From the NCBI GenBank assembly GCA_050916045.1, contig CP051526.1, forward strand, positions 1,952,001 through 2,016,000: a DNA stretch of 64,000 nt. The letters are read 5' to 3'. A program made the position numbers and the translations under genes. Shown here piece by piece: positions 39,899 through 49,080 of the stretch (position 1 is its first letter; each line of letters opens with the position of its first letter). The stretch is from Tepidisphaera sp. Lineage in GTDB: Bacteria > Planctomycetota > Phycisphaerae > Phycisphaerales > UBA1924. The notes under the pieces are model-generated. The model had not been told where the DNA came from and ran no database searches. It saw nothing but the letters and a program-made list of their open reading frames with translations.

Positions 39899-40651
39899 AT
39901 GAGCCGCCGACAACCTCCTCACGCATTCACCTTGATCGAGTTGCTCGTGGTCATCGCGGTGATCGCGCTTCTAGTCGGGCTGCTGGTGCCGGCGCTCTCC
40001 GGTGCCCGTCGCACCGCCCGGCGGGTGCTCTGCATGAACAACATCCGCCAGTTCTGCACCGCCGACACCATGTACCTCAACGAGTACAGGCAGTTCCCGC
40101 TGATGAGCCCGTTCGTGCCCACCAGCATCCGCGTGGAACGGCTGCGGCAGATCGGCGAGTACTTGAACATAACCGTGCCCGAGGGCGAGGCGATCACCTG
40201 GCCCACGCGTGACGAGCAGCCCAAGTGGATCAACTGCCCCTTTGCCGCCACGTCGGGATACGCCGAAGGGGTGACTGTGGGAGGCGGGCTCTACACCGGG
40301 TATGCCTATGTCGGCGGGCTTGAGCAGTCAGAGTTGGTCCGCTCGGGCCTCGGTACCGTGGCCAACAAGGGACACGCGGCGGAAAGCCGCGGGCTCAATC
40401 GCGGCGTGCTCTGGGCCGACACCTTGACCGAATTTCTGACCGTGGACGAACGACGCTACGAGGTGTTTCACACGCCGCCGAAAGTTCCTCGGTACCCCGA
40501 CTTCCGCTTTCACAAGCCCGAGGTCGAGGGGATTCACCGCGGCTGGTCGGATGGCTCGGTCGAATGGCTGCCCGGGAAGAGGATCAACCTGGACGGGATC
40601 GGCAGCCCGGACCTGCGTCTGCAGACGTTCCTGGGCAACGTCTACTTCTAA
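39899..40651 (+). CDS. Prepilin-type N-terminal cleavage/methylation protein
   Basis: [32 protein letters not shown] and C-terminal H...SDGSVEW motifs. Confidence 0.9.
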   Translation: MSRRQPPHAFTLIELLVVIAVIALLVGLLVPALSGARRTARRVLCMNNIRQFCTADTMYLNEYRQFPLMSPFVPTSIRVERLRQIGEYLNITVPEGEAITWPTRDEQPKWINCPFAATSGYAEGVTVGGGLYTGYAYVGGLEQSELVRSGLGTVANKGHAAESRGLNRGVLWADTLTEFLTVDERRYEVFHTPPKVPRYPDFRFHKPEVEGIHRGWSDGSVEWLPGKRINLDGIGSPDLRLQTFLGNVYF

Positions 40652-40720
40652 GGACCGCGTCGCACGGCCGAATGGTCGTGCTGTTTGAACACCCACCGCA
40701 CGAGAAAAAGGACCGATCGA

Positions 40721-41638
40721 ATGAAACGCCAACAACCGCCGCACCTTTCTCCCGCCGCACTCTCGCGCCGTGACGCCATCACCAGGGGCATCGGGACGAT
40801 GGCCAGCATCTCGGCCATCGCCTCGGTCGGAGGCGTCGCCGGACGGGCTTTCGCACAGCCCGCCGGGCAGCCGCCGTCACAGCCCAAGCCAGAAAACGCC
40901 CGCATGACCCCCGAGCAGCACGACGCCATCCTCCGGCCCGGCCAGGAGCGCATCGCCATCTTGCTCTACCCGCAGTTCACAGCCCTCGACGTCATCGGCC
41001 CGCATCACGTGTTCATCAACATGGTCGGTGCCAAGGTACTGCTCGTCGCCAAAACGATGGCCCCGGTGCCTTGCGACACGGGCTTCTCGATCACGCCCAA
41101 CGCGACCTTCGACCAGATCACCGACAAGCAGACGCTCGTGCTCGTCCCCGGCGGCACCACCGGCACGCTCGACGCGATGAAGGATGAGGCAACCATGAAC
41201 TTCCTGCGTCGTCAGGGCGCGGAAGCCGAGTGGATCGGCAGCGTCTGCACCGGCTCACTGCTGCTCGCCGCGGCGGGTTTGCTCAAGGGCTATAAGGCCA
41301 CGAGCCACTGGCTCACTCGCGACGCTCTCAAGGCTGGCGGGGCCCAGCCCGTTGCTCAGCGGTACGTTGAGGACCGCAACCGCGTCACCGGCGCGGGCGT
41401 CACGGCGGGGATCGACTTCGCGCTGCATCTCGTCCAGAAGTGGCGCGGCACGAGCTACGCCAAGGGCGTGCAGATGTTCATGGAGTATGACCCGCAGCCG
41501 CCGTTCAATAGCGGCTCCCCCACGAGCCCCGACGCCGAGCCCGCGATGGTCGGCATGCTCAGCGCCATGCACGAGTCATTCGGTCCCAAGTGCGAGGCCG
41601 CCATCCGCGCGACGCTCGACCCTACTTCATCCAAGTAA
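40721..41638 (+). CDS. Tat-exported DJ-1/PfpI family protein (InhA-like)
   Basis: SRRDAI Tat motif; LDVIGP, VPGG, SVCTG, GAGVTAGID and EYDPQPPF motifs. Confidence 0.88.
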   Translation: MKRQQPPHLSPAALSRRDAITRGIGTMASISAIASVGGVAGRAFAQPAGQPPSQPKPENARMTPEQHDAILRPGQERIAILLYPQFTALDVIGPHHVFINMVGAKVLLVAKTMAPVPCDTGFSITPNATFDQITDKQTLVLVPGGTTGTLDAMKDEATMNFLRRQGAEAEWIGSVCTGSLLLAAAGLLKGYKATSHWLTRDALKAGGAQPVAQRYVEDRNRVTGAGVTAGIDFALHLVQKWRGTSYAKGVQMFMEYDPQPPFNSGSPTSPDAEPAMVGMLSAMHESFGPKCEAAIRATLDPTSSK

Positions 41639-41714
41639 CCCCGTCCCGCGCCCGTGTTCCGCAGGAAAGCACCGGCGGGTGATTTCAATCCTGCATTCCC
41701 AAAGGAGTTTCTCG

Positions 41715-42173
41715 ATGCCTCTCTCAACCGTCAAGTCCGCTTCGTCGCTCCCGATTCTCCGTCGCAAGATCCACCTCCAGGTCCAGCTCCTCATCCTGCC
41801 TGCGATCATCGTCGCGCTCGCGGCCATTGTGGTGATGAATGGATGCACCACCGGACCACACGGCGACGCGTTCGCCTCGAGCAGGTGCGGCCCTGAAGAA
41901 CGAAAGAGCTGCATCTGCAAGACGCCCGGGGTGATCTCCTTCGCGGTTGAAAGCATGAGCTGTCCCAACTGCGCGAAGGAGCTTCAGGAAGTCCTTGCCG
42001 CCGTTCCAGGCGTGAAAGCCGCCAAGGTTTGCTTCGAGGACAAGATGGCATTCGTGACACTCGACGGGGACCACCCCGCCACGATGGAGGCCATCCAGGC
42101 GGCCGTCGCCAAGCGGCAGGAAGAGCATCTCAAGCTGGAGAATGACCCGAACTGCCTCAAGCCAAAGGGCTGA
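41715..42173 (+). CDS. Heavy-metal-associated (HMA) domain protein, exported or membrane-anchored
   Basis: Hydrophobic helix followed by Cys; VESMSCPNC...VPGV HMA motif. Confidence 0.82.
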   Translation: MPLSTVKSASSLPILRRKIHLQVQLLILPAIIVALAAIVVMNGCTTGPHGDAFASSRCGPEERKSCICKTPGVISFAVESMSCPNCAKELQEVLAAVPGVKAAKVCFEDKMAFVTLDGDHPATMEAIQAAVAKRQEEHLKLENDPNCLKPKG

Positions 42174-42215
42174 GCCTGCGAGTCCAGTTACGCTCAATCA
42201 GAAAGGAATCAATCA

Positions 42216-43172
42216 ATGAAGACAATACTTGTCTTGTGTGCATCGTGCATCGCTCTCATGGCCACGATACTGACCTTCGGCGGGCAGCCGGGCGGCGGCA
42301 AGGGCCCGGCGGCCCAGGCCGCGACCCCGGCCTCGCCGCCCAAGACGCCCGAAAGGCCCCTTGCCGAGGAACCGGCGAACCGCCTGACTCCGCCCGCCGA
42401 CGGGAAGATCACCGTCGCCGTCGTGCTCGCGCCGGGGGCCGAGGTGGTCGATTTTGCAGGTCCCTGGGGCGTCTTCGAGTACGCCAATATCCCGAACCTC
42501 GAAAAGAGCCCGTTCGAGTTGTTCACGGTGGCGGAGAGCAGCTCGCCGGTCAAGTGCTCCGGCGGGCTCTCGGTTGTGCCGGACCACACCTTCGCCAACG
42601 CGCCCAAGGCCCGGCTCATCGTGATCCCCGCGATGGGCGAGCCGTCTCCCGCGCTGCTGTCGTGGATCAAAGACGCGTCGAAGCAGACGGACCTCACCAT
42701 GTCCGTGTGCAACGGATCCTTCGTTCTTGCCAAGGCCGGACTGCTCGCGGGCAAGACCGTGACCGCTCATCACGGCGGATACGGCCTTCTCGCCGCGACG
42801 TACCCCGACATCACCGTGAAACGTGGCGCACGCTTTGTTGACGATGGCAATATCTCGACCGCCGGGGGGCTCACCTCGGGCATCGACCTAGCCCTGCACG
42901 TGGTCGAGCGCTACTACGGCCGCGCAGCAGCGGAAGACACCGCCCGAGACCTGGAGTACCAGGGCAACGGCTGGAAGGACCCGAACTCCAACAGCATGTT
43001 TGCAGAGGCGCCTCGCTCGACCGACGAGCACCCGGTGTGCCCGATCTGCGAGATGGCTGTCTCCAAGAGCGGCGCGATCTCCGAGGTCTACAAGGGCCGC
43101 TCGGTGTACTTCTGCGCGGAAGGGTGCAAGAAGGTGTTCGATGCGAACCCGGAGAAATTCCTCAAGCCGTAG
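42216..43172 (+). CDS. Secreted DJ-1/PfpI protein with C-terminal YHS domain
   Basis: DFAGPWGVF, SVCNG, TAGGLTSGID; then CPICEM...YKGRSVYFCAEGCKKVFDANPEKF. Confidence 0.88.
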   Translation: MKTILVLCASCIALMATILTFGGQPGGGKGPAAQAATPASPPKTPERPLAEEPANRLTPPADGKITVAVVLAPGAEVVDFAGPWGVFEYANIPNLEKSPFELFTVAESSSPVKCSGGLSVVPDHTFANAPKARLIVIPAMGEPSPALLSWIKDASKQTDLTMSVCNGSFVLAKAGLLAGKTVTAHHGGYGLLAATYPDITVKRGARFVDDGNISTAGGLTSGIDLALHVVERYYGRAAAEDTARDLEYQGNGWKDPNSNSMFAEAPRSTDEHPVCPICEMAVSKSGAISEVYKGRSVYFCAEGCKKVFDANPEKFLKP

Positions 43173-43882
43173 GGAGCAACGGAGGAGATCCACACCGGCC
43201 GCCCGACTGCCGATGCGGCCTCGCGGCATCGTCTTTTTGTTGCAGAAGGAGCATGCTCGACGAGAAAACGAATGTGAAGTGCATGTCGCGGCTTACTTCG
43301 CGGTGCTTTCGTTGTCCTCACAGGAGGGTGTGTCCCGCCGGGCGGGCATCGCCCCGCGAGCAGGGTCCACCCTTTGGTACTTCGAGCTATGTAAGCGGCG
43401 ACGAGACGCTGGGTTCCATCCATTGGGTCGCTTCGACCGATATGCGCTTCTCGCTACTTATGCATTGAAGCGTCGCTGCGATTCTGTTGCGGAATCGCTT
43501 TCCTTCGACGGACCGAAACAGCATCCGATGGGGCGGCGAACCCTCCCCCATCTCCCTCGCTAGGGAGGAGGCTGTGACCCCTTCACCCCCCCACTCCGTC
43601 CAGATCCACACCCCCCCCACCCCGTGCACTCCGTGTTTCAAAGCCTTTCCTATTCCATGTAAGGAACCGACTCGGTGAGCCGGGCCATCGAAGAGAGCCA
43701 TACCAGCACGGAGCCAGGCCCCACACAACCAAGCCGCCACAGAAATGAGCCACTGAGGAAATCCGCGTTCGCGTTCAAGTCACTCCCCCACCGCCCCGAT
43801 CTCCATGCCAGCATTCTGTCCAAATGTCTGGTGCCGAATGCCTGATGCCCGATGCCTCACGCCTCTTCTTGAAAGGACCCCC

Positions 43883-44599
43883 ATGCCGACCATCCCCACC
43901 AAGAACCTCGAAGCCCTGATCTTCTGCGAAGACCACCAGCTCGTGTTTATGGCACAGGCTGCTAATATTGGTTTGTCCGTGCCGCAAGCCACACTTTTCA
44001 AGAACGACACCCTCGCGGCCCGCACCCTCTGGAACTCGTACAACACCGCGGTCGAAGCCGCCCGTGTCGCGGGCGTCGCCATGCGTGACGGGCTGAGCAA
44101 GATGCGTGACAGCGGCGGGGACTGCATCAACCTCATCCGCGCCTTCGCCGACACGCAGGCCAACCCCAACACCGTCTACAACCTCGCCCAGTTGCCGCCC
44201 CCCGCCGTCCCCTCGCCCGCCGCACCCCCCGGCACGCCCACCGAGTTCAAGGTCGGGCTCAACGGCGACGGCAGCGTCACGCTCAAGTGGAAGTGCGCCA
44301 ACCCCGCCGGGACCTCCGGCACCGTCTACAACGTCTACCGCAGGCCCGCCGGGACGCCCGAATCCGCGTACGCCCCCATCGGCGTCGTCGGCACGAGGAC
44401 CTTCACCGACACCACCATCCCCGCCAGCAGCGCAGCCACCGGCGGCGTCATCTACAAGGTCGTCGCCCAGCGCGCCGAGATCTCCGGCACCCCCTCGCCC
44501 GAACTCAACGTCTACTTCGGATTCGGCGGAGGCGGGGGCTTTACGATCTCGAGCGTCACCAGCAACAACCAGCCCGTGGCCTTCAAGAACGCAGCATAG
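43883..44599 (+). CDS. Hypothetical protein with helical N-terminus and FN3-like C-terminal domain
   Basis: RBS GAAAGGA; PPGTPT...VTLKW...YNVYRR...FTD...YKVVA fits an FN3 pattern. No signal peptide. Confidence 0.75.
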   Translation: MPTIPTKNLEALIFCEDHQLVFMAQAANIGLSVPQATLFKNDTLAARTLWNSYNTAVEAARVAGVAMRDGLSKMRDSGGDCINLIRAFADTQANPNTVYNLAQLPPPAVPSPAAPPGTPTEFKVGLNGDGSVTLKWKCANPAGTSGTVYNVYRRPAGTPESAYAPIGVVGTRTFTDTTIPASSAATGGVIYKVVAQRAEISGTPSPELNVYFGFGGGGGFTISSVTSNNQPVAFKNAA

Positions 44600-44679
44600 G
44601 ACGGCACAACGTCAAAGGGGCACGCGCAGGGCTCGTCGTCTTCGCCTTCCACCAGTGCCCAGTGCCTAGTGCCTCCCCC

Positions 44680-45561
44680 TCAACACCCCGCCTCAAACGC
44701 ACCCACAAAGTCCGTGTAATCAAAGAAGTCCACGAACCCGTCGCGATTAAAATCAGCACTGCCCCCGCCACACCCCGCCCCCTCAAAGCACGCGACATAA
44801 TCGCCGTAGTCAAAGAAGTCCACGAACCCATCGCCGTTGAAGTCCGCCGCGCACCCGCCGCCCCGGATCACATCGATCGACAGGTTGTCCCACCCCACCT
44901 GCCAGAAGTTAAACCCGTAGAAGAACCCGGGCACGAACGTCGTGATGTCCACCTGGCCCACGCCCGCTCCGAACGCGCCGAGCACATCCGCGTACGTCAC
45001 GCCCGCGGGAAGCTCCGGCTCGAACGTCACCGGGTCTTCCGCCCCCGTCCCGCCCCAACCCGCCGGCAGCGCAAGCCCCGTCGGATCCGGAATGTCGAAC
45101 GTCACCCGCGTCCACCCCGCTTCGACCGGGGGCAAGCTCGGCCCGATCGTGTACACCGACACGATGCCGTCGGAGGGGATGTCGTAGTTCCAGAACTGAA
45201 GCACGAGCGGATAGTTCGTCGGGTCGATTGGCTCCCCGGCAAAGTCCACCAGCGCGAACACCCGCACATCCACGCTGATGCGAAGCGACCCACCCCCCAC
45301 GACGTAACGCCGCAGGTCCCCGTACACGCGGCTCGCGTCCTCGCGGGCGCTCAGCGTCACGCCGAAGAAGTCCGCGAGCGGCACACCCATGTACCGCCCC
45401 GGGTTCCCATCCGAATCAAAGATCGTCGCGATCCCGTTCGCCGTCCATCCCGACGCTTCCCCGTCCTCGAAATCAAGGAACAGGATGTTCTCGTCGGCCC
45501 TGGCCGCGCCCGCCAGCCCCGCCGTTCCGACCAGGATCGCCGCCATCATCGAGTTACGCAT
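44680..45561 (-). CDS. Secreted protein with GC-type dockerin C-terminus
   Basis: RBS GGAGGT, signal peptide, ends [16 protein letters not shown]. Confidence 0.88.
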   Translation of the reverse strand: MRNSMMAAILVGTAGLAGAARADENILFLDFEDGEASGWTANGIATIFDSDGNPGRYMGVPLADFFGVTLSAREDASRVYGDLRRYVVGGGSLRISVDVRVFALVDFAGEPIDPTNYPLVLQFWNYDIPSDGIVSVYTIGPSLPPVEAGWTRVTFDIPDPTGLALPAGWGGTGAEDPVTFEPELPAGVTYADVLGAFGAGVGQVDITTFVPGFFYGFNFWQVGWDNLSIDVIRGGGCAADFNGDGFVDFFDYGDYVACFEGAGCGGGSADFNRDGFVDFFDYTDFVGAFEAGC

Positions 45562-45727
45562 CGCACACCTCCGGAATCACCCACGGATGTCCGCTCGAAC
45601 GTCGAGCGTTGCCTTCATCTTAGGAATTCACCCCGAGCGCGTTCACGGTCCGAGCCCCGACATACCCTCTGGAATGCCCGGCCAACGAAGGCCCGGCCGC
45701 GCCCCCTCGCTTTCAAGAAGCCACCCC

Positions 45728-47494
45728 ATGACATCCATCGCCGATCAACTCGGTTCCCCCGACAACGGCCCCAACGCCACTCCTCCGAGCACCGCCACCG
45801 GCCTCCCGCCCGTCTCCTCCCCCGGCCACGGCCCGCGCCCAGTCCGCGCCGACCGCGGCACCACCCTCACCTGCAAGACCTGGCAAGCGGAAGCCGCTCT
45901 CCGCATGCTCATGAACAACCTCGACCCCGACGTCGCCGAACGCCCCGACGACCTCGTCGTCTACGGCGGTCGCGGCCAAGCCGCCCGCAACTGGGCCTGC
46001 TTTGACGCCATCTGCTCGACCCTCCGCCGCCTCGAGCCCGACGAGACCCTGCTCGTCCAGTCCGGCAAGCCCGTCGGCGTCATCAAGACCCACACCGACG
46101 CCCCGCGCGTCCTCCTCGCCAACTCCAACCTCGTCCCCCACTGGGCCACGCAGAAGCACTTTGACGACCTGGCCGCCAAAGGCCTCATGATGTACGGCCA
46201 GATGACCGCCGGCTCATGGATCTACATCGGCACCCAGGGCATCCTGCAAGGCACCTACGAGACCTTCGCCGAGCTCGCCCGCCAGCATTTCTCCCCGGCC
46301 AAAGGCGGCGACGGAACCCTCGCCGGCAAGCTCTGCGTCACCGGCGGCTGCGGCGGCATGGGCGGCGCCCAGCCCCTCTCGATCACCCTCAACGGCGGCA
46401 CCTGTCTCATCGCCGACGTCGACCACACGCGCCTCGACCGCCGCGTCGAGACCCGCTACCTCGACGAGATCAACGAAGACCTCGACGATGCCATCGACCT
46501 CGCGATGGACTACGCCTCGCGCAAGGTCGCCCGCTCGATCGGCGTCAACTGCAACGCCGTTGAGATGCTCGAACGTCTCATCGAGCGAGGCATCACCCCC
46601 GACGCCCTCACCGACCAGACCTCCGCGCACGACCCCCTCACCGGCTACGTCCCCCTCGAAATGACCGCCGAGGAAGCCAAGATCTACCGCCAGCGCTTCC
46701 CCGAGGAATACACCAAGCTCTCCCTCGCCACCATCGCCCGCCACGTGCGAGCCATGCTCGAGCTCCAGTCCCGCGGCGCGATCACGTTCGACTACGGCAA
46801 CAACATCCGCCAAAGGGCTCTCGACCAGGGCGTCACCAACGCGTTCGACTTCCCCGGCTTCGTCCCCGCCTTCATCCGGCCCCAGTTCTGCGAAGGCCGC
46901 GGCCCCTTCCGCTGGTGCGCCCTCTCCGGCGACCCCGAAGACATCTACACGACCGACCGCGAACTTCTCAAGCTCTTCCCGGACAACCTCGGCCTCCGCC
47001 GCTGGCTCACCCTCGCGCGCGAACGCGTCGCGTTCCAGGGCCTCCCCGCCCGGATCTGCTGGCTCGGCTACCGCGAGCGCGATCAAGCCGGCCTCCTCTT
47101 CAACGACCTCGTCAAGACCGGCCGCGTGAAAGCCCCCATCGTCATCGGCCGCGACCACCTCGACTGCGGCTCGGTCGCTTCCCCCAACCGCGAAACCGAA
47201 GCCATGAAAGACGGCACCGACGCCGTCTCCGACTGGGCCCTCCTCAACTTCGCCGTCAACATCGCTTCCGGCGCCTCCTGGGTCTCCTTCCACCACGGCG
47301 GCGGCGTCGGCATCGGCTACTCACAGCACGCCGGCCAGGTCGTCGTCGCCGACGGCACGGCTGAAGCCGCCGCACGCATCAAACGCGTCCTCACCAACGA
47401 CCCCGCCATGGGCGTCTTCCGCCACGCCGACGCCGGCTACGAAGAAGCGATGCTCTGCGCCAAACAACGCGGCGCGGACATTCCGATGTCTTGA
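45728..47494 (+). CDS. hutU: Urocanate hydratase
   Basis: [40 protein letters not shown] and HHGGGVG motifs. Confidence 0.98.
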   Translation: MTSIADQLGSPDNGPNATPPSTATGLPPVSSPGHGPRPVRADRGTTLTCKTWQAEAALRMLMNNLDPDVAERPDDLVVYGGRGQAARNWACFDAICSTLRRLEPDETLLVQSGKPVGVIKTHTDAPRVLLANSNLVPHWATQKHFDDLAAKGLMMYGQMTAGSWIYIGTQGILQGTYETFAELARQHFSPAKGGDGTLAGKLCVTGGCGGMGGAQPLSITLNGGTCLIADVDHTRLDRRVETRYLDEINEDLDDAIDLAMDYASRKVARSIGVNCNAVEMLERLIERGITPDALTDQTSAHDPLTGYVPLEMTAEEAKIYRQRFPEEYTKLSLATIARHVRAMLELQSRGAITFDYGNNIRQRALDQGVTNAFDFPGFVPAFIRPQFCEGRGPFRWCALSGDPEDIYTTDRELLKLFPDNLGLRRWLTLARERVAFQGLPARICWLGYRERDQAGLLFNDLVKTGRVKAPIVIGRDHLDCGSVASPNRETEAMKDGTDAVSDWALLNFAVNIASGASWVSFHHGGGVGIGYSQHAGQVVVADGTAEAAARIKRVLTNDPAMGVFRHADAGYEEAMLCAKQRGADIPMS

Positions 47495-47495
47495 C

Positions 47496-47550
47496 TCCTC
47501 CCCCGCCCCCGGCGGGGGAGGTGGCCGAGCGCAGCAAGGCCGGAGGGGGT
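47496..47550. repeat. REP-like palindromic element after hutU
   Basis: ctcccccgcc-ccc-ggcgggggag stem followed by gtggccg...cggagggg; same layout as the repeats at 56.8 and 58.6 kb. Confidence 0.55.
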
Positions 47551-47577
47551 TTGTCGTTCTTGGTACGATCAAGCCCC

Positions 47578-48267
47578 ATGAATCCCTCCTCCCTCTCCAT
47601 CATCCGCGCCGCAGCAAGCGAATCGCTCTTCGACGAAGAGGGCCAACCGCTCACGCTCACCCTCACCGATCCGGTCGAATCGTCCGAATCCGATCCCGAC
47701 CTATCCGAATTGCTCGCCGCGTGCTCGGGGTTCAAGCTCGGACTCTGGGAAGACATGAATTTCGTCAAGACTCGTTACAGCGGGACAGGCGATTTTCTCG
47801 ACTCGTTCTTTCCCGACTGGATCGAACTCTGCATGGAAGCGACCGGAGACGACTACGTTCTCGAGTTGCCACCCGTCGGCTCAGAAGGCCAGCCTGGCCC
47901 CGTGTGGTTCGTCTGCCATGATCCTCCAGCCATCGTTCTCATCGCGAACACGCTCGCCGAGTTCCTGAAAATCTTCTTCGATCGATTCCGCAAGGTTCGT
48001 CGGTACGCCAATACCGCCCTCGACGACGCATTCGATCTCGCGATGAAAATGTGGGATAACGACATGCGAGGCGTGCCGTCCTCCAAGGCTGCGAACTCCC
48101 CCGATCCCGAACTCCAGGCACTCAGCCGCAAGCTCGGCCCCAAAGCATGGATCCACGACACGCGATCCATGCAGCCTCGCCAAGGATTTCAGTGGGAGAT
48201 AACGGAGGAATACGAACCCGTCCAGTTCGTTAAAGACTACCGCGTCCGTGGCGGACCGACCGACTAA
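47578..48267 (+). CDS. SMI1/KNR4 (SUKH)-like protein
   Basis: ELLAACSGF...L..E.TGDDYVL...GPVWFVCHDP...IANTLAEFL pattern. Confidence 0.65.
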   Translation: MNPSSLSIIRAAASESLFDEEGQPLTLTLTDPVESSESDPDLSELLAACSGFKLGLWEDMNFVKTRYSGTGDFLDSFFPDWIELCMEATGDDYVLELPPVGSEGQPGPVWFVCHDPPAIVLIANTLAEFLKIFFDRFRKVRRYANTALDDAFDLAMKMWDNDMRGVPSSKAANSPDPELQALSRKLGPKAWIHDTRSMQPRQGFQWEITEEYEPVQFVKDYRVRGGPTD

Positions 48268-48271
48268 CTTC

Positions 48272-48790
48272 TCACTCCTCCACCAGGTACTTCCCCGCCA
48301 GCTTCGGATACCGCCGGCGCATCTCCCCCTCATCATCAAAATCAAACTCCGCCCCCGCAGGCTCCTTCGGCTGCTTGATCTTCGAAGCCAAAGCCCTCCC
48401 CGCCACCTGCTCGTACACATCCGCCGCCACATACGCGAGCGATTCAAACTCGCAGATCCCATCATCGCTGAGGCCCATCGGCGCCCCCGCCAGCGAATCC
48501 GGATCCGCCAACGCAGCCTCGTACGTCTTCTTCCCCGTCGCAATCAGCCAATTTCGGAAGTACTCAAACCCATCGTCCGAGCACCCCCCCGCCATCAGAT
48601 ACGCCGCCCCCCACAGGTCCCACCGATACGCAGCATTGCGCAGCTCCCGCAGCACCGTGTCAAACCCCAGGATCTCCTCCGCCTCAAGCTCCCCCAAAGC
48701 TTCCGCGAGCGCCTCGCACATCCCCTCCTGATCGTTCTTCCCCGCTTTGCGAGCCGCTTCAATCATCGCCCAGAACACGTCGTGTTTCAT
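48272..48790 (-). CDS. DUF4240-like protein
   Basis: FWAMIE, LWGAAYLMAGGCSDDGFEYFRNWLIATG, DPDSLA and YPKL motifs. Confidence 0.82.
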   Translation of the reverse strand: MKHDVFWAMIEAARKAGKNDQEGMCEALAEALGELEAEEILGFDTVLRELRNAAYRWDLWGAAYLMAGGCSDDGFEYFRNWLIATGKKTYEAALADPDSLAGAPMGLSDDGICEFESLAYVAADVYEQVAGRALASKIKQPKEPAGAEFDFDDEGEMRRRYPKLAGKYLVEE

Positions 48791-49080
48791 AGCCCATCGT
48801 ACGAACCCGCACCAGGCCGCGAAATCCCGCCTGATCCCTGTTCCAACAGCGATCCCGCCGCCCCCATCCACGCCGCAACCCCTCAAGCCTGCCTCGGTAA
48901 GCTCAGGCCCCGTTCGCAGCAATACCCACACGTTCCAAAATTGGCCCGAATGTGAATTTCGCGTAAACACGAATCCGACCGAGAATCCACCTCGAACTAA
49001 CCCGTAATCCGGACCGCGAGCCCAGGCCCTCTGGCGAAATCGGACGCGGAGCGTCTTCCGGGAAACCAAGGAGTAGGAAA

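Noticed and set aside
43173..43880. Short ORFs at the island's right end
   Set aside because: Overlapping ORFs in several frames with no RBS, motif or coding-like bias; treated as non-coding or decayed.
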